Counted from the first letter of the stretch, positions 22,332 to 32,231 are shown. The stretch is DNA of 64,000 nucleotides from Christensenellaceae bacterium (GCA_031259085.1 JAIRMA010000004.1:41088-105087); one strand, 5' to 3'. The notes: a model not told the origin generated them from the letters alone. Program-made: numbers and translations.

Positions 22332-23811
22332 TAAATAATTTCTCCTTATATTTTTATTCGTAGATTGTACTAAATTAAAGATGCAACAACTTATTATGTT
22401 TCAATTAATTATTCTAGCCGTTGCCCAAATAAATCATAAATTATAAAAGGCTTTAATATAAAAACCCATTTATGATTCAACATGTACCTTGTTTGTCTAC
22501 TTATTATATACTAAAATTACTATATTTGCAATAGTGATTATTGATATTCAAAATAAATATTGTTAATGCTAATTCTACATTAACTTCCTATCTGGCACGC
22601 ATCTGGGTCTTCAATTGGAAATGAGAATTTTGTACTTAGTTTTGAGCACATTGAAATTTTTCACAATGTTTAAAAGTGCTCTTTTTTAGTGCCTGGTGGA
22701 AAATGCTAATTCGCCTCAAAAAACTCGCTTAAGGGATTTAACTATTTAATTCAATATTTTTGTTTAATTAATTAGATAATCTTAAATTTTTCTAATGACG
22801 CGAGCAAATTAAGACATTCATTAAAATATATATAGCTTCTCTGTGAATAACGAATCACAATGCATCATTACTACTCTTAGTGCTATGACTTCGACGAAAT
22901 CAACGCTTTATAAATCAAGGGACAAATTTGCCCTAGATGCTATTTGCATCAGTCGATGGCACTAAATCTAGAATCTTTAAGAGGACAAAATTAGTCATAA
23001 ATAGGATAATTTAATCACAAGCAGGATAAACCCGTCCTTTTGCCTAAAAAGCATGTTTTTCGGCTATTTTTATCTCAAAAAAAAGAAAAATTCTTGTTTG
23101 GAAATCTTTTTAAAGTCAAATAAATTATAATTTCTCTGTCCATGTGAAAACTAAAACATCCTGATTTAGGTTGTGAAAAGCTAGAATTATAGGTCTTAGC
23201 ACAAACTTCTGGAGGCATTATTCACCATCCCGCTTGACTTTTCATCACTTTATATGGTAATATTCATGTACGGAACTCAAAATTTAATTAAATTGTTTGA
23301 GATTACATTAGTGTGACATAAAAAAGTAGGCAAAAAAACAATCATTATCAGTAGGTCGAATGACTTTCTGAAAAGCAACAACACTTGTTAATGCTTAACA
23401 TAATAATTGACGTTTTTGTGACAATCAGAATTGGAGTTTCGGTCAATAAGCCTGTTGGTATGGTTGGGGAATATCCTCTGTCGGCAATGACGGATTACGT
23501 TTGCATAAAGATACAAGGTGTTACAACTCTTTACACATATAGTTTTAGTTTAAATTATCTGCTGGGCACATACCAAGCGATAGTTCAAACTGATTACTAT
23601 TATCACATAGTTCTAGTAGAATAAAAAGCCGACTATGATAAAGATGGCAACTTGAAAAAATGGGAAAATTGCAAATCGATTAACCATATCATATATCGCT
23701 TTTACAAGTGATACTGTAAAAGACTTGCCATTAAAGAAAGCAGCATAACATGTTAAATAATCACCAGATAAAATTGTCAGAGGTTTTTGTTTAATTCAAG
23801 GAAAGGTCTAA

Positions 23812-24693
23812 ATGAAAAAGAAAAACCACGTTTTTATCTTAATATTTGCAATTTTTCTAATACTTTTGATAACAGCTTGCACTGACGATCAAAACACACT
23901 TCCCTCAACGGATGAAATAAGAATTCCAACGGTAGCGTTTGATGTGTCAATTTCTCCCACATACGGCCTTGACTATGTATATATTCCATTATTTCACGGG
24001 GGAAATTTCCCGAAGGAAGTTACAGGTGTTGAAGGTGAACATTTGGAAGACCTTGCAATAGAAACTAAACTTATGGCTATTGGTCTCTCTTGGGGTGTGG
24101 CTAAATATCCTAATTTATATGTTGCTCTTCTAGCATTGAACATCAAACCGACTGCGAAATTTTCCAAATCGATAGAACTTCGCAGTATCACGGGCTTAGT
24201 ATTCGAAGATGAAAAAGGGCGAGAGGTTCTGCCGTTTAGCGTTAAAATACACACAATCAAAAATGAAAATGCTCCAGGCGTTTTGACCGCGACGCGAGAC
24301 AGAATAAGTTGCTATTTTGATATGGATGACGGTAGTGATGAGTTTACGTTATCATTACCTTTTATTATGTACGGCATTTATGGTGGGTCGCATTCTGGAA
24401 TAATTTTAAAAGGCGTTAGGTTTGGTTATGGAAATATCAATTTTTTAGACGGCATAAAGATATTAGAGCATGATAGTGCTGGCGTTGATGTAATTCACAC
24501 ATTCTCCAATCCATCTAGTTTTGAAATTTCGTTCGCGGATCCTGCAACATCTTTTTCTTTACAAGCGAAGGTACGTTCTTTGAGAGATGTAGAATTATTA
24601 GCAGACACTCTAATTATAGATTTTTCGCTCATAGACAATCCAAGTCAAACCTTTTCAGTGTATTGTGGATCAGTCGTTTTCCTTAATTGCTGA
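23812..24693 (+). CDS. hypothetical lipoprotein
   Basis: Signal peptide with lipobox LLITAC. The mature part has no recognisable motif. Confidence 0.6.
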   Translation: MKKKNHVFILIFAIFLILLITACTDDQNTLPSTDEIRIPTVAFDVSISPTYGLDYVYIPLFHGGNFPKEVTGVEGEHLEDLAIETKLMAIGLSWGVAKYPNLYVALLALNIKPTAKFSKSIELRSITGLVFEDEKGREVLPFSVKIHTIKNENAPGVLTATRDRISCYFDMDDGSDEFTLSLPFIMYGIYGGSHSGIILKGVRFGYGNINFLDGIKILEHDSAGVDVIHTFSNPSSFEISFADPATSFSLQAKVRSLRDVELLADTLIIDFSLIDNPSQTFSVYCGSVVFLNC

Positions 24694-24905
24694 CTGTTGG
24701 ATAATTTATTTGGTGAATAAATGAATTCAAAAAACAATCAGCCAATTATCTTGTATTATTAATGGTAATTGTACATCCCTTTGTAAAATGGATTTTCAAG
24801 CAGATTTAAAGTAAAATTTGATTCATGCGTTTTCGCTGGTTTTGAGTGCCTTCGTTTATAACAATTCCATATTTTCATTGTTCTTATAGTTTCTTCCAAA
24901 CATTA

Positions 24906-24935
24906 TGTCAACCTATTTATAAATTTTAATTGACA
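24906..24935 (+). promoter_or_regulatory. candidate BirA operator (inverted repeat TGTCAAC-N16-ATTGACA)
   Basis: 30-bp dyad directly upstream of the bioY-bioB fusion, overlapping the -35 box. Its geometry resembles Firmicute BirA sites of the TGTnAAC-N16-GTTnACA type, as I recall them. Confidence 0.45.
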
Positions 24936-24958
24936 TAAAAATTGATTATTGTTATACT
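24930..24958 (+). promoter_or_regulatory. promoter of bioY-bioB
   Basis: TTGACA (24930-24935), 17-nt spacer, TATACT (24953-24958). Confidence 0.55.
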
Positions 24959-25029
24959 TATATTAGTAAATCGTGCAACTAGCATTTTCTGCTCCTGTCA
25001 TATTTAAATCTATTAATAGAGGGTCACTA

Positions 25030-26601
25030 ATGAAAAATGGACATCAAACAGATACAATTTCTGCTTTTAAAAGCCCCATCATTAAATCAAAGATTATCGC
25101 GCTTGCTAGATATGGTTTATTTGCAGCGTTGATCGCTGCTGGGGCCTTTGTAAAAATCCCAATCCCTGTTGTCCCTATAACATTTCAATACATATTTGTT
25201 AACATGTCGGCTCTCCTGTTAGGTAAAAAGGGTTCTATCCCAGTTTGTATTTATGTTTTCATTGGGTTGTGTGGAATACCTATTTTCACAATGGGTGGAG
25301 GGTTTAGTTATGTATTGAAACCTACATTTGGATATTTAATAGGTTTTATCATTGGAGCATTCAACGCAGGTTATTTTGTTGATAAATGTAAAAATTTAGA
25401 CATCAAAAAAATGTTGTTCGCAGGTATAATAAATATTCTAATTATATATTTGTTTGGACTAATTTATTATTATATCATAGTAAATTATTACATTGTGGGA
25501 TCATCTATAAATATTACAAAATTGTTACTGCTTGGACTATTGCCAACAATTCCAGGGGATGTTATTTCTTGTATAATAAGTGCGTTTGTTTGCATTAGAC
25601 TTAAGAAAATATTATTTAATTCTGATAAAAAAAGATTACCATTCATTCAAAATATTCAACATAGCATCTATCAAGGACATCAAATATCAAAAGAAGAGGC
25701 TCTCTTGTTATCTATTGCGCCTTTGGATGAATTATGTACTGCTGCAAATCAATTAAGAGAACATTTTTGTGGTAATGTTTTTGATATGTGTTCCATAATT
25801 AATGGGAAAAGTGGAGGTTGCACTGAAAATTGTAAGTTTTGTGCACAGTCTAAACATTATAATACATGTGTCCCTACTCTTGATATGCCTAGCACTGATA
25901 TAATAGTTAATGCCGCAAAGCATAATTATAGTAAGGGTGTTTTGCGTTTTTCAATTGTTACAGCTGGGAGAGCCCTGACAGATAATGAGGTTGACGATGT
26001 GTGTGTTAGGTATCGACACGTAGGTGAAAATTGTGATATATATAAATGCGCTTCACATGGGCTTTTAACTAAACATCAGCTAGAAAAAATAAAGGAGGCT
26101 GGCGTAAAAAGGTATCACAACAACCTAGAAACATCTAGAAATTTTTTCCCAAATATGTGTACAACTCACACATATGATGATAAAATCAATACAATTAAAG
26201 CGGCTCAAGAAGTAGGGCTTGAAGTATGTAGTGGTGGGATTATTGGAATAGGTGAAACCATGGAGGATCGCATTGATATGATGTTTGATTTGCGCGACCT
26301 CGGTGTCAAATCGATACCAGTTAATATTATAAATCCTATTCCTGGCACTCCATATATGCACATCACTCCATTAGACGAAGAGACTATTATGCGAGTTGTT
26401 GCTGTATATCGTTTTATTATTCCAGATTCCATGATAAGAATAGCGGGAGGTAGGGGTCTATTGTCTGATAAGGGAGCTAAACTTTTTGAATCAGGTGCAA
26501 ATGCCGTTGCCACTGGTGACATGTTAACTACTTCTGGAATAAGCATTGACCATGATATGGAAATTGTTAAAAATGCTGGATTCAATGTTGTGCTAAGGTA
26601 A
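25030..26601 (+). CDS. bioY-bioB: fusion protein: biotin transporter BioY (N-terminal) plus biotin synthase BioB (C-terminal)
   Basis: The N-terminal polytopic region has BioY-like segments (FVKIPIPVVPITFQ, LKPTFGYLIGF). The C-terminal part has the radical-SAM motif CTENCKFCAQ and the BioB blocks YHNNLETS and GGIIGIGET. It is a single uninterrupted frame. Start set at ATG 25030, preceded by GAGGG. Confidence 0.85.
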   Translation: MKNGHQTDTISAFKSPIIKSKIIALARYGLFAALIAAGAFVKIPIPVVPITFQYIFVNMSALLLGKKGSIPVCIYVFIGLCGIPIFTMGGGFSYVLKPTFGYLIGFIIGAFNAGYFVDKCKNLDIKKMLFAGIINILIIYLFGLIYYYIIVNYYIVGSSINITKLLLLGLLPTIPGDVISCIISAFVCIRLKKILFNSDKKRLPFIQNIQHSIYQGHQISKEEALLLSIAPLDELCTAANQLREHFCGNVFDMCSIINGKSGGCTENCKFCAQSKHYNTCVPTLDMPSTDIIVNAAKHNYSKGVLRFSIVTAGRALTDNEVDDVCVRYRHVGENCDIYKCASHGLLTKHQLEKIKEAGVKRYHNNLETSRNFFPNMCTTHTYDDKINTIKAAQEVGLEVCSGGIIGIGETMEDRIDMMFDLRDLGVKSIPVNIINPIPGTPYMHITPLDEETIMRVVAVYRFIIPDSMIRIAGGRGLLSDKGAKLFESGANAVATGDMLTTSGISIDHDMEIVKNAGFNVVLR

Positions 26602-26611
26602 TAATTGTATT

Positions 26612-27733
26612 TCAATCTATTACACCACCTCCTAAACATATATTATCTTTATAAAGAACCGCATATTGCCCTGGTGTCACTGCCCGCACTTTCTCGTCAA
26701 ACACTACTCGAATTGATTTGCCATTATCCTCTGGAAACACGCTCGCTCTTGTTAAAGCCTGGCGATGTCTTGTTCGAACTAAAACTCTATCATCATCAAT
26801 TATAGCGGAATTTATATAATTAAAATTTTTAGCTACTAGCATTGTGGTGTATAACAAATCGCATTCCCCTTGGTTCACATATAGAATGTTGTTTTTAACA
26901 TCTTTTTTTATCACAAAATATGGTTGCCCATTGCCGCCCCCACCTAACCTAAATCCTTTTCTCTGTCCTATTGTATAATTAAAGACTCCTTGGTGTTTGC
27001 CTAGATATTTTCCATCAAGGTTCCTTATTTCACCCTCTTGCATTGGGATGTACTCAGACAAAAACTGTCGAAAATTGCGTTCTCCTATAAAACATATTCC
27101 TGTACTGTCTTTTTTATAAGCAGTAGGCAATCCAAAAGACTTAGCAATCTCTCTCACTTCACGTTTTGAGTATTCTGTTAATGGAAATATTACGTTGTTT
27201 AATTGTTCTGTTGTAACTTGGTTGAGAAAATAAGTCTGATCTTTGCTTTCGTCTTTTGCTCGAGTAAGTTGCACGCCTGTTTCATTTTTTTTAGTACCAG
27301 CGTAATGTCCTGTAGCTATTAAATTAACACCTATTTTCGAAGCATAGTCTTTGAATGGACCAAATTTTATTTCGCGATTACATAATACATCTGGGTTTGG
27401 CGTGCGTCCAGACTTATACTCATCAATAAACAATTTGAACACCCTCTTACTATACTCTTGACTTAAATCAATCGTATAATATGGAATATCTAAGCAGTCT
27501 GAGACCCTCCTAACATCTGCAAAATCTTCTTCTGCGCTACAACTGCCATCCTCTTTTGATTCATGCCAATTATGCATGAATAATCCAATTACATCATAAC
27601 CAGCTTTCTTCAATAATAGTGCGGCAACTGAGCTGTCAACCCCACCACTCATTCCTACAATTATTTTACTTTTTTCCATGCGGGATCTCTTCATAGTGCT
27701 AAATAGAGCACTTATCGCGTGTTTAATTAGCAT
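26612..27733 (-). CDS. mnmA: tRNA 2-thiouridine(34) synthase MnmA
   Basis: PP-loop GMSGGVDSS and conserved catalytic Cys regions. The true start may be the internal MEKSKIIVG (ATG ending at 27679). Confidence 0.9.
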   Translation of the reverse strand: MLIKHAISALFSTMKRSRMEKSKIIVGMSGGVDSSVAALLLKKAGYDVIGLFMHNWHESKEDGSCSAEEDFADVRRVSDCLDIPYYTIDLSQEYSKRVFKLFIDEYKSGRTPNPDVLCNREIKFGPFKDYASKIGVNLIATGHYAGTKKNETGVQLTRAKDESKDQTYFLNQVTTEQLNNVIFPLTEYSKREVREIAKSFGLPTAYKKDSTGICFIGERNFRQFLSEYIPMQEGEIRNLDGKYLGKHQGVFNYTIGQRKGFRLGGGGNGQPYFVIKKDVKNNILYVNQGECDLLYTTMLVAKNFNYINSAIIDDDRVLVRTRHRQALTRASVFPEDNGKSIRVVFDEKVRAVTPGQYAVLYKDNICLGGGVID

Positions 27734-28162
27734 CGTTTAATTTTGCTACTATTTATAGACTTATTCTATCGTCATCTAATCTTATCATATTATACTACAA
27801 TTGTCAAAATCATACGTTTGTTTAGAATCAGTACATAATGCTATTCAATTAAGATATGTAACTCCAAAAACTAAAAATTAAATAACCCTTTAACATTAAA
27901 CTTTAACACACTTTTAACACATTATTATCTTCTGAATGTAGTTTATTGTAAATAAAATGGTATTTTAAGTTGTGACTCTGATTTAATGGTGAATTACATT
28001 TTAATTGCTTAACTAAGCATCTGCTGTGATCAAAATCAATTGGCGGATAATATAAAATTAATTGTTGCTCAATCGGTTCAAAATTGCATCCTTAAGAACA
28101 AACGGAACGGTTATAATAAGCTAATGCTAAGAAATTCTATTAAGAAATTAGTAGTTTTATTT

Positions 28163-28360
28163 AATTCGAAATATAATTAAAAGAGCATTAATCTTGATAA
28201 CACAAATATAAAAAATTGTAATATCCATGCAAAAAAAAATGGGCTTGTCTTTTTCATTGATTAAAATATTTGCAAATTCCAATATGGCTTGTTAACTACT
28301 TTTTTATAACACAAAGTGGTTTAACCATTTTGTCTAAAAATAATATTATTTTCTATTAGT
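28163..28360 (+). repeat. copy A of a ~200-bp promoter-plus-hairpin element (paralog of 44951-45156)
   Basis: Aligns by eye with copy B along its length: AATTCGAAATAT..ATTAAAAG.GCAT, TTGATA/TTGACA, then GTTAACTACTTT...AAAGT.G.TTAA hairpin and ...ATTAGT. Its -10 hexamer is degenerate (TGTAAT) and no gene follows. Confidence 0.6.
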
Positions 28361-28637
28361 GATTTTTTTGTCTTTTTTTGAGCGTCTAGCGAAAACACGG
28401 ATGTGAGAAATTTCCAATTAACACGACAGGGATTTTTTTCATGATAACCGACACTTTTTTTTGAAGGCATTCTCCAAACAATTAAACTTTGTGATCCTTT
28501 TTGCAGATCAAAGCAATATGCAAATTAATGAATAGTCAAAGAGAGGGCTTAAATAGTATGCACAATTAAGCCTTTTAGAAATGGTGTGTAAGCGCTTGTT
28601 TTAATCATTAAGATAAGCTCATTTTCGAATAAGTTTC

Positions 28638-29187
28638 CTAATGCACTTTATAGTCAGAATCCACGCGCAAACTCTCACACGCTTTTCTAATTGCAATATT
28701 GTGAGTGAAGCGATCTAATGTGTTTTTCATTAAGGATTCAAAGGTTTTGTCTGCAAATTTAATATAGCAGGTCGAAAGCAACCACGCAAGCCCCATTTTT
28801 TTATAATAAAAATCTTGATTGAGGTTGTTTATATGATCAAAGATAAGATCGATAAATTCTGCCTGAACATAATAGCATTTTAATAATATTAACGCAAAAC
28901 TACCATCAAACTCATCGCCCTTATTTAGAGAAATCACAAATTCAAAACACCGTTGCAAGTTTTTTAATAAACTTGCATTCGCTAGCCAAAATGTCGCAAA
29001 TTGCCCAATCATGAATTAAAGGCACAAATTCAGTAATCAAATTTGTATTTGCACTTCTGCCAATCAATAGTGCTTTTAAGCATTGTTCTTCAAACGTTTT
29101 GTCCTTTAACATTTCCAAGGAAATATTTTTTATTTCCTTATTTCTATAATGGAAATGAGAATTAATAGTTGTTAATATGAACAACAT
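28638..29187 (-). pseudogene. DNA alkylation repair (AlkD-like HEAT-repeat) protein, frameshifted
   Basis: Two overlapping minus-strand ORFs (28942-29187 and 28638-29012). Reading ...IHDWAICDILASECKFIKK then NLQRCFEFV... gives a continuous AlkD-like sequence if one A is removed from the A6 run (plus-strand T6, 28960-28965). Confidence 0.6.
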
Positions 29188-29804
29188 AAAAGACCAAAAG
29201 GACGTGCATTTGAATTAGATTTTATCAGAGCTATATTAATAATATTAATTTATATCCCCCATATTTTACTATATCCATAACTATTTTTGAGATATTTTTA
29301 CTAAACTCAGTTAGAATTCAACAATATTTATGTTTTTTGAGAATTTATACTTGACACTAGTCAAACGCATATAACGGTTAGAGGACGAGAGGACATAACG
29401 TTCGACTTTAAAGACGACACCGAGGTCAAGACTGAAACGGACTTCAAGGCGTAAAAACCTTGTTGCTCTTTTTTTTTGCCAATATAAGAACAACGAATGA
29501 AAGATAAGAAGGAAGGGTTAAAATAGGTTGAACTTGAAAAAAAACTTGAGTTTTCCGTATATTATAAAACTTAAAAAAGGCACGCTATAAAAAGTAAGTT
29601 TTGACGGAATTCAAAATAATTCAAACTGGAAATCAAAAAGATCAAATCCCCCCTGCGACATAAATTGCAAGGTAAACAGTAAACGAAAAGTCGGCAAAAC
29701 GGGCAAGATTGCAAAACGCGCCACAAAACGACGCATCTAACTCGAAAAAAAAGAAAAATAGCTCGAAGTAGCGTTTTATGCGCGGCCATAGCTCCGTGTG
29801 CCTA

Positions 29805-30149
29805 TGGTGGAGATGAGGGGAGTCGAACCCCTGTGTTGATAGAAAACCAGAAAGACTTTTACGTGTGTATCGAATTATTTAAAGTCATCGCATCAGCGCC
29901 AATTCGCAGGCTCCTATTTGACCTAGCTCCTAATTCCGTTTGCATCACAGAGCACCTAATGCACTCGTTACCCTATTAACCACGCCAGACTTGTCGTCCA
30001 TAGGTTACGACTCTGACGGTCGCCTTAAGCGGCGGCGTAGCTTAAATTTGTATTTTCAGCTTTTAAATTTTAATTTCCGTTTTAACGAAGACGAGCCTTC
30101 GACACGTAGTCCGCCAAATCCCACTACCAGTCGAATCCGGGACATCCCC
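29805..30149 (-). ncRNA. ssrA: tmRNA (SsrA)
   Basis: The minus strand starts GGGGATGTCCCGGATTCGAC and ends GGGGTTCGACTCCCCTCATCTCCACCA. The 7-bp acceptor stem has a G3:U pair and is followed by the T-arm. The internal tag reading frame GCT GAA AAT ACA AAT TTA AGC TAC GCC GCC GCT TAA (30060-30025) gives AENTNLSYAAA. Confidence 0.9.
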
Positions 30150-30404
30150 CTATTACTAATTTTTTAGATATATTTATTTTAACTAATAATTTATAATTTT
30201 GCAAATCTTTTATATTAGTTATTTAAATGATTTGGTAGTTTATTATAAACTTGCGATTTCTATAAGGATTATTTCACATTTATGACATGTTCCTACTCAC
30301 AATATCATATTACCTCATGCATCTTGTTATTGCATTCTGACAAGTAATAAGATTTGCGACTTTACTTATGTCCTTTTAAGGATTTCACGTTCATTCATAT
30401 TTAA

Positions 30405-30433
30405 TTGACATTTGCGCATATTATTATTATAAT
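30405..30433 (+). promoter_or_regulatory. consensus sigma-70-type promoter upstream of the M50 protease/scpAB genes
   Basis: TTGACA (30405-30410), 17-nt spacer, TATAAT (30428-30433). Confidence 0.5.
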
Positions 30434-30569
30434 TATCTAAATTTCATTATATACCCTTCACTCATTATTTTTCATTTTTGCATGTGAATTGTGTTTTTGT
30501 ATTAACTGCTAAATATTGCTGTATAATAGTAAAGGTTATATCATTGTCATTTAACGGAGCACGCAGTAA

Positions 30570-31289
30570 ATGTTTTTGATGAAAATTATTAACAATCTCT
30601 ATAATGGCACAAGTGTTAAATATACATTGCTAGAGGCAATTGCATACTTAATTATCATAGTGTTTGCGCTAACTATTCATGAATACGGACATGCTTTTGT
30701 CGCATTTCGATGTGGGGATTCTACTGCTAAAAACGCTGGGCGATTGTCTTTAAACCCTTTAGCACATATTGACATTACTGGTATGCTATTATTTTTGATT
30801 GCTGGGTTTGGATATGCTAAACCTGTACCAATAAATCCATCAAATTTCAAAAACTATAGAAAAGGCATCACTGCAGTCTCTTTAGCTGGCGTCATCTGTA
30901 ATATTTTTCTTGGTCTGTTGAGTTTGCTCCTGCTTTTTTTGTATTTTACATTTTTAACACGTTTTACGTTGTTCTCAAATAGTTTTGGGTTGTTTTTATA
31001 TGATTTGATTTACTACGGTGTTTATATAAATTTTATCCTAGCTTTATTTAATCTTTTACCAATATATCCGTTAGACGGGTTTCGTGTATTAGACGTTTAT
31101 TTGCCATACGGTAATAAATTTTCTCAATTTATGTATCGCTATGGAAATCGCGTTTTATTGGGATTAATAATTTTTTCGATTGTTGCAGAACGATTATCCA
31201 GTTATTCTATGATTTTTAGTTATCTAAACATATTTAACTGGTTCTATGCGCTTATTAATCAATTAATCGCACTTATTCCGATCATGTAG
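30570..31289 (+). CDS. site-2 protease family (peptidase M50) membrane metalloprotease
   Basis: HEYGHAF zinc motif and NLLPIYPLDG motif in a polytopic protein. Confidence 0.8.
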   Translation: MFLMKIINNLYNGTSVKYTLLEAIAYLIIIVFALTIHEYGHAFVAFRCGDSTAKNAGRLSLNPLAHIDITGMLLFLIAGFGYAKPVPINPSNFKNYRKGITAVSLAGVICNIFLGLLSLLLLFLYFTFLTRFTLFSNSFGLFLYDLIYYGVYINFILALFNLLPIYPLDGFRVLDVYLPYGNKFSQFMYRYGNRVLLGLIIFSIVAERLSSYSMIFSYLNIFNWFYALINQLIALIPIM

Positions 31290-31298
31290 GAGAAATGT

Positions 31299-32231
31299 AT
31301 GCCAGAGACAGATTTATCTCAAGAGCTTAAAAGACGCATATTAGAAACCAAGGAACGCGAAGCATCAGAGGTATCAATTGACGATGATGATTTCAACGAT
31401 GATGATGCTTTGCCTGACGTCTCAGCCTTGTCTTATCATTACTATGAAGAAGTAATTCCTTACGACAAGATTTATGAATATTGCAAAGATAATAAACTTA
31501 AAATCACAGAGATACAAATTGCTGACGTCATACAACAATTTAATGATTACATCGCAACATTGCCATCTAAGGACTACAATACAATTGCTAACTTCATTAA
31601 ATGTGGCTCACAATTATTGAGGTACAAATCAGCTGAGTTAGTGTTTTTCTCGGATAATAGTCAAATGGATGATTATGAGGAAAACGTAGAAACAACGACT
31701 TCTCATGGCAAGATTTTCTATGCAGACGAATACGCAATGTTTAGAGAGGTTAGTGAGCAACTCGCGCTGAGAGAACGTCTTAATCGTTTTTATAGACGGC
31801 CTGTATACAGACGGCGAGATTATAAACCAATTCTAAAGAACGCTGACGTTGATAAATTTGTCGAATCATTTGAGGAATTCCTGGAAACTGTTGAATATCC
31901 TGAGGAGATAACAGAAGTAAAAGTTATTGAACGCGAGCGATTCACTGAAACAGACATGATTAAGCGCATAATTTTGCTCATCCGTGAGAAGAAAATTATA
32001 AGTCTTTTTGACCTTTTTGAGCCTGATTTTTCAAAACTGGAAGTTATTAATTCATTTCTTGCTGTTTTGGAGGTTTTAAAAAGGCATGTAGCAATATCTG
32101 TACAAGAAAAACGTGGGTCTAACATAATTTTAAAACATACCCCAGAGACTGATGAAGTCGATTTGGATAACACAGAGAGTTTTGCTGATGTTGAATACAA
32201 ATACAAGGAGAGTGTTACTGATGTTGAATAA
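31299..32231 (+). CDS. scpA: segregation and condensation protein A (ScpA), with an acidic N-terminal extension
   Basis: C-terminal winged-helix region EVINSFLAVLEVLKRHVAISVQEK. Directly upstream of and overlapping scpB. AGGAG SD. Confidence 0.75.
   Translation: MPETDLSQELKRRILETKEREASEVSIDDDDFNDDDALPDVSALSYHYYEEVIPYDKIYEYCKDNKLKITEIQIADVIQQFNDYIATLPSKDYNTIANFIKCGSQLLRYKSAELVFFSDNSQMDDYEENVETTTSHGKIFYADEYAMFREVSEQLALRERLNRFYRRPVYRRRDYKPILKNADVDKFVESFEEFLETVEYPEEITEVKVIERERFTETDMIKRIILLIREKKIISLFDLFEPDFSKLEVINSFLAVLEVLKRHVAISVQEKRGSNIILKHTPETDEVDLDNTESFADVEYKYKESVTDVE

Noticed and set aside
22918-23032. Four occurrences of an AGGA(C/T)AA(A/T) motif (22919, 22982, 23004, 23024) that could be iterons or a binding-site array.
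   Set aside because: The motif is short, purine-rich and irregularly spaced, and easily arises by chance in AT-rich sequence. No adjacent replication or regulator gene is present.
23385-23624. 79-aa plus-strand ORF in the 22.3-23.8 kb gap.
   Set aside because: No SD, no motif, and an odd composition. I treat the area as non-coding or decayed rather than as a gene.
29684-29695. GAAAAGTCGGC, reminiscent of the RNase P RNA GGAAAGUCCGG (P4) motif, within the less AT-rich flank of ssrA.
   Set aside because: It is only a partial match. None of the other universally conserved RNase P, SRP or 6S elements could be found around it on either strand.
29571-30167. Track ORFs 29571-29789 (minus strand) and 29940-30167 (plus strand).
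   Set aside because: The second lies entirely within the tmRNA gene. The first is a Cys/Arg/Phe-rich translation of the non-coding flank with no SD. Neither is credible as a protein.
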